64,000 nucleotides of DNA from positions 12,815-76,814 of the forward strand of contig JAWUVI010000021.1 of the NCBI GenBank assembly GCA_034112445.1, read 5' to 3'. The notes beneath the pieces were generated by a model. That model was not told the origin of the DNA. It was given only the letters and a program-made list of their open reading frames with translations, and ran no database searches. Source of the stretch: Cellvibrionaceae bacterium (GTDB lineage Bacteria > Pseudomonadota > Gammaproteobacteria > Pseudomonadales > Cellvibrionaceae). Each line of letters begins with the position of its first letter. The stretch's first letter is position 1. Below, piece after piece: positions 53,201-56,200 of the stretch. The translations under genes were made by a program, and so were the position numbers.

Positions 53201-56200
53201 CCACTGGCTGCTTGAGCCGTGAAAGTTAAATTAATGGTTTGCTGAGTACCATCGGATAAGTTGAGAACGATGCTATGAGAAATATTTTCAGCAACTGTAT
53301 CAAGCTGCGCTTCATCGCCAACCACAAAATGGTAACTTCCGTCTGCATTGACAACAATATAATCTTGGCCGCCCCAACTGTAGCTCTCCCCTAAAGGAAA
53401 TGAGCCACTATTGCCAATTGCAGAAACTTTAACGCCTTCATTTAATGTAAATTGACCATTCAACACTAAGCCCGCCGCTTTAGTGTCAACACTCACAGTA
53501 CCGGAATTAACCGTAATTTCACCGTTAACCAGTGTTACTGTTTTGGTCAGTGTTTCTTCTGTACCCAGCTCGTTTTGAACGGTTACTGTGAACTCATCAG
53601 TAAAGGTTTTACCTATAGCTTGTGTGGCAGCACCAACAGCTGGCTTGTATGCATAACCGCCATCTGTATTGACAGTTAACGTGGCACCACTGGTTAATGT
53701 AATCGGTGACCCACTGGTAATGGCGGCATCGTTAATTTTAGCAACGCTAAAGGTATCTATATCTTGGCCCCAATCACCCGAAAATAGATAAAGATCATCA
53801 CCATGGCTGCCAACAAGACCATCAGCTCCTGCACCGCCGAGTAAAATGTCATCTCCCGTACCGCCAAAGATCAAATCGTTATCAGCACCGCCGTCTATGT
53901 AGTCGTTATCGTCTCCGCCATAAATAGAGTCCGCACCTGCCCCACCACTGATGTGATCAGCTCCGGCTTGGCCTTCGATAATATCGCCTTGGGTAACATC
54001 AGATTCATCACCACCAACAATGGTGTCCATACCGGCACCAGCAATAATAAGGTCTGCTGATGAACCTCCAGTTAGAGTGTCATCATCAATATCACCAAAT
54101 AATTGAGTCTCAATACCGTCAGCAGCAGTGAACGTATCATCTTTATATGTGCCAACTAAGAGGTTAATGCCGGTAACGTTTCCACCAAATCCTAAAACAC
54201 CAGCCGCTGTTGCACCGGTTTTCAAATCAACGGTTAAGCCTGTTCCTGCAATTACAGTGTGTGCTGAACTAGGGCTGGAAGCACCTTCAGTAGCCGTTGA
54301 GTCAACAGTTAGAACACCTTCCGCTGAACGACTAATAACAAAATCTAGGCTATGAACTGTTGGTGTAATGTCATCGCCTGCAGCATTGGCAACTGAATAT
54401 GACACAGATAAATTTGTAGACGCGCCATTGGCTAGGTTTTTAAAGTCTTTATCTAGGTTAACGAGATACTCATAACTACCATTAGCTGCCAGCTCAACTT
54501 CACCGAACCCAGTAACAGGGTTTGATGTGAGAACGTAATTAACCGCATTAGTTACGGATAATTGACCCGATACGACAGCTGGGATTGTGACCGCTGCTTC
54601 GTAAGCCAAAGTTTGAACATTACCGGTGAGCTCGCCGGCTGTGGAATTTAGATATCCGCTTATGCTTCCATCTTTTTCCACAAAATATGAATTATTACCT
54701 GCACCACCAATAATGTTGTCCACTTTCTCGAAAGAAGCGCGGCGAACTTTATCATCCGTGCCAATAGTGGAGACAATTACGGTTCCGTCTTCTTTAATAG
54801 TGAATTTTAGATCGGTTGTAACTTGACTGAAATCGAGGGTTACGGTCGAAGACTCGCCATTCTCAATCAGTAACGTATTGAGCCAATTATTTTGAAAGGC
54901 ATAAGTGTTAACCGCACTACCACCAACCAGTTTCTCTATATTAGTGATGCCACTGATACTATCAGTACCAACTGTTGCACCAACTCCTGTAGAACCAATG
55001 GTAAACAAAACATCCGAGCTGGTGTAGGTGAAATCTATAGAATCTAAAGAGCCGTCGGCTGAGCCTTCATTAATAACGGTGCCATTCCAACCCGTGCCGC
55101 TGAAAACATAAGCATCGTCGCCTTTGCCGCCGGTTAAGTTATCACTACCGGTTGAGCTGTAAAGAACGTCTGAGCCGTCGCCACCTAAAACAGTATCATG
55201 GCCTTCACCACCAAAGAGCAAATCGTCTCCACTACCGCCTTCTAGAGTATCTGCGCCGCCTTGGCCCCATATTTCATCATCGCCTGCACCGCCTATCAAG
55301 GTATCAGCCACCGAACCATCAGCTCCGATTAATGTATCGTTACCCTGACCACCATCAACCGTTAACTGGGATGTTGTGGTATTGGAGATATAATCATCAC
55401 TAGAGCTGCCTTGTACGAGGTTGTCACTGAATATTAAGCCTTCACCTTCGGCAGCGCCTAGATCAATATAATTAAATGTGAAACCTTCAAAGTTAACCCA
55501 ACTGTCATCTGAATTCTGCGCTGAAAGAGCATCGTATAATTCATCAGCTTGAGCTGTAGAGGTGTTATTAACGACTACAGCACCTTCAAAGTTAGCGGCG
55601 TAACTGAGATTAAAGCTGGTGGTATTACTGTTGGTACCCGCTGCCGCTTTAAGCGAACCAGATAAACTACCCGCGCCACTGAAGATCACATTATTATCAG
55701 ATCCTTTACCCAAAATAACGTCGGAAACACCTTCCGCAAAAATAACGTACTCGCCGCTGGATAGATGAATCGTTACCTTAACTTCGCCGTCACCATGTAT
55801 ATCAACATCGACAACACCGGTAACACTGGATAGATCAAGTAAATTACTGCTTTGCGAACCGTCAAACTGAAGACTTATAGAGCCCGCTTCTGTAATGGTA
55901 CCGATAACATAGGTACTCGAGGAAAGGCCCGACGAAGGTACTTTAATGCTCTCAATATTAGAGCCACTGATATTAAAGGTAAGGTCTTTTTGTACAAAAC
56001 TGGTGATTTTATTAGTGACCGTTAAGGTCTGCTCTGGCGCATCAACAAACAAAATGCCTTCATCGTTAATGTCTATTTCAACTTGATTTAGGTCTACTCC
56101 ACCTTTTATACCATTTGCTTGAATTTTGGTTTCTACTTTTTCTTTCCAAAGCTGCATAATGACTTCAGTTAGCTTTTCATTACTGACGACTTTGGCAATA